Positions 42,873 to 55,500 of a stretch of DNA of 64,000 nt are shown here, piece by piece (the stretch's first letter is position 1; each line of letters opens with the position of its first letter). The notes under the pieces are model-generated. The model searched no databases, was not told where the DNA came from, and worked only from the letters and a program-made list of their open reading frames with translations. A program made the translations under genes and the position numbers. This DNA is from Bolinopsis microptera (Eukaryota), in the NCBI RefSeq assembly GCF_026151205.1, contig NC_087076.1, positions 16,389,142-16,453,141 of the forward strand, in the 5' to 3' direction.

Positions 42873-45443
42873 TTATACAGGATGTTTTTTGATGACTTGC
42901 CTTGCAACGCCTAACAGACTATGACCAGGCCCGGATGAAAACTTCTCTACTCCCTCACGAATCTTTGTTCTTTCCTCTTCGACGTTTATTTTCTTGTTCA
43001 TAAGGATGCAAATCTTTGGTATAAAGATGCTAAAGAGGAAGGCTGTTGAGGTGATGAAGACCACTATAGCACGTAGGATAGCTCGAACTTCTGGAGGAGA
43101 AAAACCGTAGCCTGCCAGGAACATGATGGAGCACAACAACACCACAAACGTGGCACAAAATATGTTGAGGGACTCTCTGAAGTTGTGAGGAAACTTTCTC
43201 ATCTTGAATGCCAGGACCAAAGTAATGAGGAACGATAGACCAGGCAAAACGATTGGGATTACCAGGGTCTTGCTATTGATGCTATTACACATTAGGTACC
43301 AGGGTCTGTGAGACTCTTCCTGGTACCTTTCAAAGGCCCAGCTGGGTCCACGTCCGGTGTAGCTGTCAATGAGAAGGATAATGACTGTTATCGCCAGGGT
43401 GAGCAAGTTGAAGGCGGTCTGGCCTGTTCTTTTGAGGAGCACACCAAGCTTTGGTGCAGAAAAATGTTGGGCAGCAGCAAAAATGTCGTAAACCTTAACA
43501 CACTTATAAAGCAAGTTGGTAGATATCAAGGTAGCAAAAATTGCAAATGAGTAGTACTCCGCTGAGCAAGTTGTGGTCGAGGGTTTAAGAAGAGGAGTCA
43601 AAGCCGTAGGATACCCGATCAGCAAGCTAAGTAGAACCATATAGAGATAGCCGGGGTCAGAAGCTTTGATAACTGGCCTATCCTCATTTCTAAAGATTAC
43701 AACACCAAAGACAATGACCATTGACATACCAAGCGGCATACTTGAAGCTCCCACAATAAAGGTTGTTGATTTAGGCTGAATGTAGATTTCTGGGACCAAG
43801 ACACAAGCAGTGTTATTTTCAGTGGCTGACATGGAGGGATCACATACTTTGCAAACATTTGTGTCATTTTCGGTGCTGTATTGGTGAAGATTGCAATCTT
43901 CACAGGTCCAACAGCAGGGAAGATATTGGATATTCCGATTAAAACGTCGATGGGTGCCTGGCTGGCAGGTATACGAACACGTTTTGTTGTAGCCTGACAT
44001 GCTTTCCAGAAGACTTTCGTTCATCACTTCTATTCGGTCAACGAATGCCCTTCCTAGAGTCCTGAAAATCTGTGTCTCAGTTTTGTAGACCCCAATCCTG
44101 TACCCAGTGTTGACTGTCTTCTTGAACATCCTGATGGGTATTGTTACATTTTCTTCTAGAGTAACATTCAACGTTTGATTCTCATTCACGATTTGGTTGA
44201 ACAGCTTTGTTTTGTAGTCCATTAAACATCGAGTTCCGCCTGGTAAAACAGGTACTACCATATTTGTAAGAATGGTATGAAGAGATTCTAAAACCAACTT
44301 AACTCCTCCGACCATGTAAGGAATCCAGCTGGTCAGTTTGCACATCTTTGGCTCATCACCATCTTTTGGACATCTGTAACTTTGTACCTTCTGATAGAGG
44401 TCGTCGATGTAGTCTCTCTTTTTAACCTGTCTCCAATCTTTGTTTAAATCTTTTAGCGTTTGGTCCATTTTAACATTGAGGAGATCTGGTAGTGGAAGTA
44501 TGATGGTGTTGTGTCCAGAGGTATTTAGGATTGCTGTATAGCCATTTAGGGAACTGTATCGTCCGTTTGATAATCCAAGTATGTAGATCTTATCTCGGAA
44601 TCCTAGATTTCCGACCATCTCTTTTAGCATTGCTCTGGTTGTTGCTGCAGAATTTTGAAGAATAAGTTGAACCCGTGAAGGGGTCCCGCCAGTTTCATTG
44701 TATGTTTGTTTTATCCTTGGAATGTGATCTTTGTATGTGACATCAGTTATTCGTCCACATCCTACCTTTTTGACGTAGCTGTTGAATATGTGCTCGGCCA
44801 TATCTTTAGAATATTTGTGGTACCAGATGTCCATATATTGATAACCCATCTTTTCTAAGAATCGAATGGTTATTTCTGCTTCTTTGACTTCCGTGTCTAT
44901 CATGGAAAATAGATTTGGATAATTGCTACCTGTCATCAACTCATCATCATTGAACAAATACACGAATGTGGGAATGTGGAATGATGACATGATAGCAGCA
45001 GATCTTTTGGTGTAAACTTTATTGTCGACTCCAGAAACTCCCACGACCTTCTTGTTGCTAGCAAGTGCAGCAGAGATTCTTCCTGTGACAGCTGAACTCA
45101 TGCAAGTGTCATACATCTCGTATCCCAGGGTCTTGTTGAAATCCTTTTTAAATCTTTCATTTTCTTTCTCTATTATCATCCTAAGGGCGATGGCCTTCTG
45201 GATGCCCCACTCTGAAATCCCAGAGTAAGAACAACTTTGAACTGAGATTTTAGTGCCGTTATCATCGTCTATGTACTCGAGCTGGCCTATCTGGAACATT
45301 CCTCCAATGATGAAGTCTCCGTCTTTTGCAGCAATGGGGGTATCAAGATACCGTACCTGACAAACTCCCTCATCCTCACCAGCTACTCCTGGTAAAGTGA
45401 GCACCAGGAGGATAAATAGTACAACCTCGGCATGGATAAACAT
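42873..45443 (-). CDS. Class C GPCR, intronless, copy 3 (856 aa; ~93% identical to copies 1/2; remodelled N-terminus MFIHAEVVLFILLVLTLPGVAG)
   Basis: Intact ORF with the same VFT / 9-Cys (..PCCWTCEDC..) / 7TM (FIPKICILM) architecture. A ~95-bp deletion relative to copy 2 removes the ancestral ATG, and a new upstream ATG is used. Confidence 0.8.
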   Translation of the reverse strand: MFIHAEVVLFILLVLTLPGVAGEDEGVCQVRYLDTPIAAKDGDFIIGGMFQIGQLEYIDDDNGTKISVQSCSYSGISEWGIQKAIALRMIIEKENERFKKDFNKTLGYEMYDTCMSSAVTGRISAALASNKKVVGVSGVDNKVYTKRSAAIMSSFHIPTFVYLFNDDELMTGSNYPNLFSMIDTEVKEAEITIRFLEKMGYQYMDIWYHKYSKDMAEHIFNSYVKKVGCGRITDVTYKDHIPRIKQTYNETGGTPSRVQLILQNSAATTRAMLKEMVGNLGFRDKIYILGLSNGRYSSLNGYTAILNTSGHNTIILPLPDLLNVKMDQTLKDLNKDWRQVKKRDYIDDLYQKVQSYRCPKDGDEPKMCKLTSWIPYMVGGVKLVLESLHTILTNMVVPVLPGGTRCLMDYKTKLFNQIVNENQTLNVTLEENVTIPIRMFKKTVNTGYRIGVYKTETQIFRTLGRAFVDRIEVMNESLLESMSGYNKTCSYTCQPGTHRRFNRNIQYLPCCWTCEDCNLHQYSTENDTNVCKVCDPSMSATENNTACVLVPEIYIQPKSTTFIVGASSMPLGMSMVIVFGVVIFRNEDRPVIKASDPGYLYMVLLSLLIGYPTALTPLLKPSTTTCSAEYYSFAIFATLISTNLLYKCVKVYDIFAAAQHFSAPKLGVLLKRTGQTAFNLLTLAITVIILLIDSYTGRGPSWAFERYQEESHRPWYLMCNSINSKTLVIPIVLPGLSFLITLVLAFKMRKFPHNFRESLNIFCATFVVLLCSIMFLAGYGFSPPEVRAILRAIVVFITSTAFLFSIFIPKICILMNKKINVEEERTKIREGVEKFSSGPGHSLLGVARQVIKKHPV

Positions 45444-45450
45444 TGCAATT

Positions 45451-45472
45451 GATAACCAATTGTTTGGTTATC
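45451..45472. promoter_or_regulatory. Palindrome GATAACCAATTGTTTGGTTATC 8 bp upstream of GPCR copy 3 ATG
   Basis: Identical to 21515-21536. Confidence 0.25.
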
Positions 45473-45814
45473 AGGATCCTTTATTCTTCTACTATCACAC
45501 ATCCAACAGCTTCTTTCTTTGCCATTTAAAATTGTACGCGTCACATTAATGATCACGTACTATAGTTCGACACGTACTATATTTCGACACGTGCAGAGGT
45601 CTAATACCATTGTACTTTAGTCACGAAACGTGGACATGTGCAATAATTGCGATTGTTTGGTTATAAGGATCCTTTATACTTCTATTATCACACCCACCCG
45701 GGCCACCAGCTTCTTTCTTTGCCATTTAATTGGTGATAGTTGGAGGTCACGTACGTATAGATGGTGAACTTTTACTGTAAGTAACTATTGCTGTGCAATG
45801 ACTGCATTAGATGA

Positions 45815-46135
45815 GTTAGATGGGGGGGGGGTACCAATGGCATAAAATGGCATACGTTTTATGGCATAAATGGAAATTTTTATTGGCCAATTCTCCGTTT
45901 ATGCCATGAATTTAGGTCTTCATATTTGACTTTAAATTCGCAAATTATTATTAGTACTTGAATAAGAGACATGTTTCATGCTTTATAACGCTTGGAATGA
46001 TCGTTAAAGATTCATATGACAAATAAAGAAAATAGAAATGTATTATATCAAAAATGGCATAAATGGCATACGTTTTATGGCATAAATGGACACTTTTATT
46101 GGCCAATTCTCCATTATGCCATTTATGCCATTGGT

Positions 46136-46195
<60 letters not shown>
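45815..46195. mobile_element. MITE-like element with poly-G (10) / poly-C (59) caps, 19-bp TIRs (GGGGTACCAATGGCATAAA), internal ~75-bp direct repeats, and 8-bp TSD GTTAGATG
   Basis: The TSD copies lie at 45807-45814 and 46196-46203. The interrupted host sequence GCATTAGATGAGTTA.ATGACGAATTTGAT is the sulfotransferase 3' end, intact at 12285 and 16485. No ORF. Confidence 0.55.
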
Positions 46196-46196
<1 letters not shown>

Positions 46197-46656
46197 TTAG
46201 ATGACGAATTTGATCTTGGAAGAAACCGGCGAACCTAATTCTAACTACAACAAATAGCAGGTAGAATGCAATATTTTTTATGATTTATCAATTGAGATCA
46301 ATTATTTATTAATGCTTTATGTACCACCGACCACCATCGCGTACTCTAACTTCTATAATTTCGATATCACATTTTAGATCTGATTATACACATGTGTACT
46401 CGGTAACTTTTATATACAAAATAACGAATACGTTGTTAAGGAAGCCTGAAGAGTCGTTATAGTTTAATCAGGGTAAGACAATGAGGGTCAACACTCAACA
46501 TGTAATAACTTTAACATCACAAAAAGGTTAAATTAAAAACAATCGCAGGTAGCAGTATACCCGAAACAAATGATTTTAAAATCATTACCTACAACAACAT
46601 GGACTGAGTACAGTTCAATAAAAGCAAGTTCCATATTAAAGACCAACCACGTCATC

Positions 46657-46734
46657 TTAACCTATTAGGGGTCGTTCACATATTACGAAGGGAGGGGGGT
46701 AACAATTTTCCAAAAAGTGATTACGTTTAATATG
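46657..46734. mobile_element. Small palindromic MITE (~78 bp; TIR GGGGTCGTTCACATATTACG)
   Basis: 20-bp inverted termini around a ~40-bp loop. Related copies at 48329-48459 and a half-copy at 62609-62628. Confidence 0.45.
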
Positions 46735-47195
46735 TGAACGACCCTCGCCTGCATTGATATCGTAGCGCACGAAGATTATGCAAAATGGATTTTTGAGACA
46801 TCGATGAGAAGTGAGAACTGTAGCAGAATTGTATTTTATGAATCACTGCTGATAAGTCCGTACGTTATTCAAAGTGCTATTCGATACACAAAACCGTTCA
46901 GCGCGTTCGTTAAGTTAACTGGAGTGCTTTTATTCGTTGGCGGGTCGGGGAAAATGGACACAAGCTGGAGTGTGTACCAATTTAAGCGGGTCTACTATTT
47001 GTAACTTAACTTAAATATAGTTACTTAAAATAGTTCAATTGTAACCCTGTAAACTTCAATTGAATTTATTTGAGTAACTATCTAAGTAAATATTAATGTT
47101 ATTAATTCCTGAACAAAACCGTAATTACATATCCATTGTCCAAGATAACAACAACAATTCACAAAAGAAAAGTCTCTAATCGACACTAAAAGGTT

Positions 47196-48696
47196 TTAAG
47201 AAGAAGATCCTTCAAAACAGAAAGGGACAGGATCAGACTCTCTTGTGATGCACAAAACTTTAAACCGATCGCCCATTTCATCGGGACTACAAAGGAAGTT
47301 GTGAGCATGGATAACACTGTCTTGTTTATCCTCAGGTACTTGGGAATAAAGCTGCTTAAACCTCTCCCCGACCCCCATCAGGGTCAAGAATGAGGACTGG
47401 GTGATCGGTCCATGAGCTTTTACTCCTTTCACATCAGCAATTGACTTTTTCAAGTCTTTAAAGTTTACATCTGCCGTCAAGTCACATAATCCCAGGTCTT
47501 CAAGAGGGTTGACTTGTTGGTGGTTTTTGAAAGCTCTGAAAGTCAATTCAGTACTCAACTGGTCTTCTCCGTAGTCTATAATCAAAGCAGCACCGCCCGA
47601 TTTGGCGATACGTTCAGCCAGTGAAGTTACGAGCATGTCTGATGCTGGCGAGTGTTCGATTTGGGAACCAACTGGTAAAAGAGCGAACTCCTTGTCCTGA
47701 TCTATCTTAATACTTTTCCCAGTTTTATAGGTGGTGTAGAAAAGCTTGTCCATATCTGGCTCAACATCCACCATTATCTCAACCCAACCCTTTTCTTCCG
47801 TCTTTTGAAACTGGTTAACCGGTAGAGCATCCAAAAACTCGTTCATTATGTAAAGTGAAGGCTTATCATCGGGAGCGTGGTCCAACATTGAGTACCACTT
47901 AAACTTAGCCTTGTGCAGTCCCGTCCGAGACAAATAATTGTGATTATCGAATATATGTTGGGGCGTTATTGTGTTCCTAACGTTACCACACAACATCTCC
48001 TCCTGCTCAGCTATAAACTTTTCGCTCAATTCAACAAGACTAGCTGATAATTTGGGAGCTTTGCCGAAGAAAGCAGGCCCGATAATCCCGACTGTGTCTA
48101 TAATATCTCTCATGAGAGTACCCCTACCGGGACCCAGCTCTGTGAAGTGAATTTTAGGAGGTAGTTTGGCTTGCTGCCAGTAGAGGAGGGACCAAGCCCC
48201 GATAATCTCTCCAAATACGGGCGTTAGTTCAGGGGCAGTTATAAAATCACCTTTGTGTCCTATGCTTGCAGCCTGAAAATAGTGTACGTTTACAGGTTTA
48301 CTCTTCAGAAAAGTGCCGTTTATGATTAGGAGTCGTGCACATGATTACGCTAGTGTAATTTTAACACAATATCTATTAGCTATGACGTGTAAAAGTGATT
48401 ACGGAGGAGCTGGTCAAAAATTGGTAAAAAAAGTGATCACGTAATATGTGAACGACCCCCCATAGAATAATTCTGCTCCGTCGGCATGGCAACCACTCCT
48501 TCAAGCAAGAAATTAGAAAAATTCATCGCAGGGAATGGCAACATGAAGCTACTGAAGTAAAGCGGAGGTCTACTCTACACACTAATTATCTACCTGGGGG
48601 TAGTATCCGTGTTTAGGATCCATGATAACATCGTGCATCAGCTCTGCCACGTGTAGCGGCCCTGTCATTCGGATACGCCGACAAAAGTGTGATAGA
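47196..48696 (-). CDS. NDUFAF7: NDUFAF7 (mitochondrial protein arginine methyltransferase / MidA, DUF185) homologue: terminal exon 47196-48273 (~359 aa) and upstream exon ~48585-48696; 5'-most (targeting-peptide) exon not located
   Basis: The upstream exon encodes ..IRMTGPLHVAELMHDVIMDPKHGYYPQ, close to human IKSTGPITVAEYMKEVLTNPAKGYYVY, with the donor CAG|GTAGAT. The terminal exon begins after TATTTTCAG with ..GDFITAPELTPVFGEIIGAW...TELGPGRGTL... and ends ..HGPITQSSFLTLMGVGERFKQL..MGDRFKVL.. The 311-bp intron contains a MITE. Confidence 0.7.
48329..48459. mobile_element. Palindromic MITE (131 bp) of the GTCGT(T/G)CACAT(G)ATTACG family inside the NDUFAF7 intron
   Basis: The left end GGAGTCGTGCACATGATTACG and right end CGTAATATGTGAACGACCCC are inverted. 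Confidence 0.45.
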
Positions 48697-49054
48697 AGGG
48701 ACATGACCTGAAACAGATCCTTACAATCAATATCTTGGGTATGCTGCACTGTACCATTTGATCCATCTTATTTTAATGTGCATGACAAATCGACGATTAG
48801 ATATAAATGGTCCGTCGGATTTCTTTATTATGTATATATCTTTATATGAAATTCTGTTGAATTGTTCAAGTTTTGTTATTTTATTCGGAAGATTCAGCAA
48901 TAAAGTCAATCATAAAGTTACTCAAGGGTTTGAAAGTTTACAAAAATAAATAACTAGTGTATAGTGCAAGAGTTAAATTAAATAGATAACAACTAAATAG
49001 CACTAGATGAATCAAAAATCTCGAGTTGGGTCAATGTTCATATTTTAAAAACTT

Positions 49055-49811
49055 TCAAGACTGATCTAACGGCTTTTTAATACTGTCCATCACAATTTTA
49101 ACATTTAGCGGCAAAGATTGAGGCCGGAGCTCAATGTACTTGGGCCTGGTAACAGGAGTTTGATAGTATCGGATAACATCTTCAACAGAAACAAGATACG
49201 TTAGCTCAGAGCTAGGAATGTCCCTTTCAAACTGTTCAATACACGCTGTAAGAAAGTTGAATTTACTGGCCAAGTCGGGGAATGCTGCGGTGCGCCAGTC
49301 ATCCTCACTAGCACCTAGGATCTCCAGAGATAGAGGGAATAAAACTGATTCAATCTGCTCTTCAGAGGGTAGGTCCTGCTCGTACCTAACAAATTTAACG
49401 CATCAATAGTACAATATACAATGATGATTCCACTTCGATACTACTATGATATTGAAAGTCAATAAGTAATAATATATAATAGTTAGTTTAATTAGTTTTC
49501 TATGATTTGACAATAAATTCTGAGAACTGAATCCTAAACTGTGACCCAATTTCTGAGGTGAAACCTGAGCGATGGATTATTCCTACTAACCATTCTTCAG
49601 ATCTGTCGCTGACGATATTATCAAAATTATCCGTTTCTCCCTTCCCTTTTCCGATGAAAGGTATTTTAGACATCAGTGACAAGGGTCGAGCTGGCAGGAC
49701 ACGTGGTGTGATGTCACGTGGTGTGCTGTCACGTGACTTCATCACACTCTGAGGTGCTCTGATCGCAGCACATGTTCTCGAACATCTTCTACCAACTTGT
49801 GAGAGAATCAT
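49055..49811 (-). CDS. Unidentified candidate two-exon gene (~200 aa; exon 1 49575-49811 with Arg/Ser-rich N-terminus, exon 2 49055-49390)
   Basis: ORFs 49500-49811 and 49055-49273 join in frame through the donor EEW|GTTAGT (~49574) and acceptor TTTGTTAG|GTACGAGCAG (~49390). This gives ..SDRSEEW YEQDLPSEEQIESVLFPLSLEILGASEDDWRTAAFPDLASKFNFLTACIEQFERDIPSSELTYLVSVEDVIRYYQTPVTRPKYIELRPQSLPLNVKIVMDSIKKPLDQS. No family was recognised. Confidence 0.25.
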
Positions 49812-51803
49812 CCTACTATAAAAGTATAGGTCACGTTGAGAATCGAGTTAAAGGTGATAATATAATGAGATACAATTTGACACTTTTCTGAAGTTAACCT
49901 GATTTCTGTGCACGATGTAAAGAGCCTGATCCATCAAGGTACGACAAAATGATCCATTTTGACGGATAAAAATCGTATTTAGGAGCCATGTCACTTGCCA
50001 GTAACTCCTTAATAGGTTCAAATCTCGCTAACCGTCAGTAAAGTACACGATACACCTCTCAAGTACGATGTGTTATTCGGTGTACTGTAACGAGTTGAGA
50101 GAAGAGGGTTAAAATGTACTGACTGGTTCAAACAGAGGTTATTAACTTCAATGTACAGTCAGCAACCTGGCATTGTTATGATTAACAACACCTAGAATCC
50201 ATCTAGGTAATATTTTGTACGTGATCGCTAGTTCAGCGGAAATACCTTAGTATAACATCTAGATAATAACCAGTATAGTATAAGTACTTTATAGTATGAA
50301 AATGTAGGATGAGATGTTTTATTACTTGTTTGATTACAGGATATTATCTTAAATTATCTTCCACATTAAATACAACCTGATAGAGCTTAATCTAACTACA
50401 TATTAGGACGCAGTGAAACTATCGGACTAAGATGTATGGGGACATTAATAGTTTAATATAATGGTTTGTTGGAGAATAATAAAGACCCTTATAACTACAA
50501 AAAGTTAGAAAAAGGTCTGAATATCATTTTAGTCTTATCAACTGGGTGAGATAATACCAATGTGGAATGATAGCTGAAGGAGATATTATCTGATAGCTGT
50601 CGATGATAAGCGGTAGTTTAATAATACATATACAATATACATACAGGGTGGCCCAAAAGTGACTACCCACACGCAACCTCTTAATAACTCACGTAATTCG
50701 TCTCTAAATTGCACCAAAATTTCAGAGATTATAGATATGCCGATATGGGTCAAACTTAGATTTCCTGAAAGTTTCGTAAGCCACGCCCAATTACAGTGGG
50801 CGTGGCGTGACACTCCCATACATACAATATAAATATACAATATACATATTATCTATTACATCAATTTATTCTATAGTACACTCGTTGTTTGACAGCTTAA
50901 TTAAATACTAATTACAACCACATGACTCGGTTTCGAATGGCAATTAAGTGCCTGAAAGTTATCATAAATATGATATTGAAGTTGCTCAGATAACTTTTAA
51001 GATATTCGAGTCTCTGAAAATTGATATACTCCTTAAAGCAAGCCTTTATTTTGTTCAATATGCTCATACTTGTTACTAGAATATATACTAGAATATTTGT
51101 CTGCAATAAACAATCTATCACAAAAGTCAGACAATGGTAAAACCACTTCTCCTGCAGATGATCATTGTAAATTTTTGATGTCTCGACAACCACGTGACTT
51201 CAAGGGACCCAATCCCGACTTACAGCTTGCGATTACACGAGTTAGAGATTACTAAGTGTTGGTACTCTGTAACGGCTACTAAATACAGTAATACCCCGAT
51301 TTAAGGCGGAGTTTGGGAGAAAAGAAATGGCCGCGGTAAATCGGGGTATATGGTAAATGCAAATGTGGGCGCGGTAAATCGAGGTTTTACTGTACACCGT
51401 GTTTGCGTGTACTGCACTACTTAAAAACTGGTTAAACAGTTAAACGTCTCAATTCGGTTGCATTTTGATAACATTAAAACTGACATGCAAAAGAGTTATT
51501 ACATTATCAAATCAAATAGCAATTTACAGTAATTGTTGAACTTAGATTATCAATCTACAAAACCCTAACATAAAACTGAATGTAATAAATTAAGTTGTAC
51601 AACGTGTAGCAGTGACATAGCGGATATGGTTTCAGTAAAGACTGAATTACAAGTGGAAATTATGATTATTACCAAAAACGGTCGTTCAATAAAACGCCAC
51701 GTCACTGTACTTGATAACGTTATGTAGGGTAACTTCCAAATAGTATCTTTAACAGTTTTAAACTAGGAACCGAGTGCCCTTTTTCCCACGGTTTGTCAAA
51801 TAT

Positions 51804-51866
51804 TGTCATTCCCTGTCATTCCCTGTCATTCCTTGTCATTCCTTGTCATTCTCTGTCATTCCCTGC
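51804..51866. repeat. 10-bp tandem repeat (TGTCATTCCC) x7
   Basis: Direct reading of the sequence. Confidence 0.7.
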
Positions 51867-52559
51867 TCATATTGTCACATTTTGTCGTAAAATTGTCATG
51901 ACATCGGGCACTCTCGGTTCCTGCCCTTTAATAGTCTGTAGTCAAATGATTATTCTTTACTTAGAAACTCGAAACTAAGAGCTTTGAATTCTCAAAGGTG
52001 TAGGTAAGATTTATACCATTACAAAATGGTTAATAAGGCTTATCTCTGGTTTTTGAACTACCTTTTTGGAGGTTACCCTAGTATCCGTCACCCGTAATTA
52101 CTGATTACTAAACTCACAAATAATGTCATAACATGATTATAATATAGCGTGAATAAGTTATAATAGACAACTTAAATATCTGGTTTCTGGAACTGAGTAT
52201 AAAATCGTACAAAGAAAATTAAGAAACAAAGTTATTAATTTGTAGTAATTATGAAAAGGTCATTATATATTTTGCAACATTTATTTTCAGCTATATAGCA
52301 AGAATGTGGCGATTAAACTTTTCATCGTGCAATAACTAAAAACACTTCTAGATTCTAATAACTGATACATTTAAATGCAAAATCAAATAATTATTCCCTC
52401 GTTGACAACGAGGGAAGTGAACATAAAATGACACACTCAGTACACCTATTAAAATATGATTTCTAATAAAATACAGTTTACACATCAATGCAATTACCAA
52501 TCATAGAACATACATTAATTTTCTCCCAAAGTTAATTTTCTCCGGTCCCGGAAGATCAT

Positions 52560-55500
52560 ATCCCCATCAGTCAGTGTGAGGTTTGGTGAAGCGAATGTAA
52601 ACAACAATCCTGGCGAACAGAGCAACAGATATGTAGGATGTAATGTAGAGCATTAGTATTATAACGAGGGTTAACATTATCACAGCACACAGCTGCCAGA
52701 TTATTTGGTGCTCCACCTGCGATATTTTACTTGGTTAAATTCTCCTAATGTTATATGCAATTTTACCACAATTATTAATTTTCATAATGTCGCCGAGCGT
52801 AAAATCAGTGTTACGACTGCTCAGTTAATTCAAAACCGGACAGGAGTTACGCGAGGGCAAGCCTGGTGATAAAAAATGATGGTATAATTACTCATAACAC
52901 TCACGTAATGTGTACAATTACTCATAACACTCACGTAATGCTTAGGAGGACAGTCAGAGTCAGCAACAGAGCCCACATCTATCAGGTAGTGCAGTGCCAC
53001 CCCAGACTTGCCTCGCACTTCTAGTACTACTCTGGGATAGGGTGTCTCCCACATCACCGATATGGTTCCTGTATAATAAATAAACTCGATGATATTTAAC
53101 GTCTTAATTTCTCTACTCAGATAAAGATTTTCAAGAATATAGTATGTACCTGATTGTGGCCAGGCCATGTTTGTACCTGTAAATTAGATATAATGGTTTT
53201 TAAGAGTGAATTAAACTCGCTTTTTTTCTTCAGAAAATTCTGATATTATACAAGTTCACTTCTCCATAGTGTATTAAGGAAAAATAAATTTATGTCCCAT
53301 AAAATTTACGCAATTTATAATATGTAGGTAATAATCTACGGTTATACCAAATAAAAGTAAAGCATTAAAAACTCCTAAAAGCTAAAGCCACTTACCAAAA
53401 TTGAGGTCTATGAAAGGTTCCACAATGCAACCACTACATTCGGAAACATATTTGATGTAATATCTACAGAGTAGATCAGGTATCCAGTCCAAACAGTTGT
53501 GCGTCATACCACTACTCTGGACCTGAATTATTTACATGTTATTTACAATGTTATTTACATGTTACCCGGATGTCTGATTACATGTTATTTACATGTCACC
53601 AGACATCTAGTACAGCAATATGTTTTAAATGCAGTACTTTGTAACTAAAGACAGTAACTACCACCTCCGAGTTTTGACAGGTGTTTTAGATATCAAACTG
53701 TTTACAAACTGTATAAATATTAAATAACTACAATCTGTTCTCTACCTCGAACAGAGGGCCCATAGTAGAGTTGGTGCACTGGATTTCAGCAAAGTGGGAG
53801 TCCCCACTGATGATGATAGTGTTTGGACGGCGGGATATCATGCTTAGCAGCCGTTCCCGTTCTAGAGGGTAAAGTAGCCACTTATCTAGGTATATCCGCT
53901 CCGTGAGTAGTGGCAAACCTGGATAATAGTGGTAATAGTAGTGGTAATAGTAGTGGTAATAGTAGTGGTAATAGTAGTGGTAATGGTAGTGGTAATAGTA
54001 GTGGTAATGGTAGTGGTAATAGTAGTGGTAATAGTAGTGGTAATAGTAGTGGTAATGGTAGTGGTAATAGTAGTGGTAATGGTAGTGGTAATAGTAGTGG
54101 TAACAGTAGTGGTAATAGTAGTGGTAATAGTAGTGGTAATAGTAGTGGTAATAGTAGTGGTAATATTAGTGGTAACAGTAGTGGTAATAGTAGTGGTAAA
54201 AGTAGTGGTAATAGTAGTGGTAATAGTAGTGGTAATAGTAGTGGTAATAGTAGTGGTAATAACCGCTGTAAGTTTTATTTTGTGTGGATTGTGTACAGTA
54301 TTTGACAGTGAACTCAAGACACAGACACGCACGTCGTACAAGTTGTACACCGTGCTAACATGGGTACCATTACAGGTGTAAGAGAGTGGTTTGGGGCAGT
54401 AAGAGAGACAGTATTGAAGATAAAGTGCATTGCGATATGTATTATTATACCTGTTCCTAGAATAGTGAAGGGAGTAGGATCAGTTCTCAGCTCCGTATCC
54501 AGCCAGGCCCACTGTTCCGCCCCCAAAACAGCCTGCTTCTCTTTATCCAGCTGAGACCTCGGATCTATCAGGATTATCTTGACTCTCTTTTCTCCAGTTC
54601 CCAGTAAATAAGACCCGTACAGTCCTCTTCTATTCCTACGAGGTGAGCTCTCTGGCTCATCTAGAAAATCTAGAAATATGTCCTGTAGGGGTTGAAACGT
54701 CATTGCTCAATTAGCTGATGAAGAAAAGATTGTTCAGGAGCAAGACAGTCTCGCCTTATAAAGTTGATAGATTAATGAGGTTAGTAAGGGTTACTCCCAT
54801 TAAGTGAACGAGACATCCCAGTAATACAATGTATTTGTCAGGCGTAGCTGTAACCCTTACAAGGTTTATAATAGCTAAACTAATATTAGATTATTAAAGA
54901 CTTGCACTTGTCGGCATATTTAATCAAATTAATTTAAGGAATGAATTATTGCTATGCTAGATTAATGTTTGGACAAATTTACACGGTTTTGTGTGACCGA
55001 ACAATCTTAGAAAATCCAGGTAATTCTGGCAACCTGGACGGCAGCTGTATAAATATCATCAGATGCACCACCATCGTTCACACCATAGTCATGGTCATCC
55101 CAAACTCCCACAATCTTAGTTCTCCTCTTCTGGAAGGACTGGTAATCGTGGCATGTCTTCATCTTGTGGAGCTGTTCGGAGTATCGGGCTATACTTGGTG
55201 GTTTCTGTAACATTAGACTGGGTTAAGACAAAATGCATAGATAAGACAAAATACAGAGATAAGACAAAATACAGAGATAAGACAAAATACATAATATGTA
55301 TTATATGAGAATTTTCGGAGGGATGATAAATGAAAACACAATTAGTTCAAATTCTTTCCACTTGACATATTAAAACGCTAATCTCACTTCAACTTTCAAT
55401 CGTGACACACGTGACACACATGACACACGTGACACGTACCCATGAGAATGGTCTGACTCTGGTATCAGTGTACACAGCATCTCCTAACCAGATGAAATAG

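Noticed and set aside
46016-46204. ORF ending in a poly-proline tract
   Set aside because: Translation of the C59 homopolymer cap of the MITE.
53886-54381. Three overlapping ORFs (ITTT/GNSS/VVVI repeat proteins)
   Set aside because: Translations of the 12-bp minisatellite in three frames or strands, lying within an intron of the PhoD-like gene.
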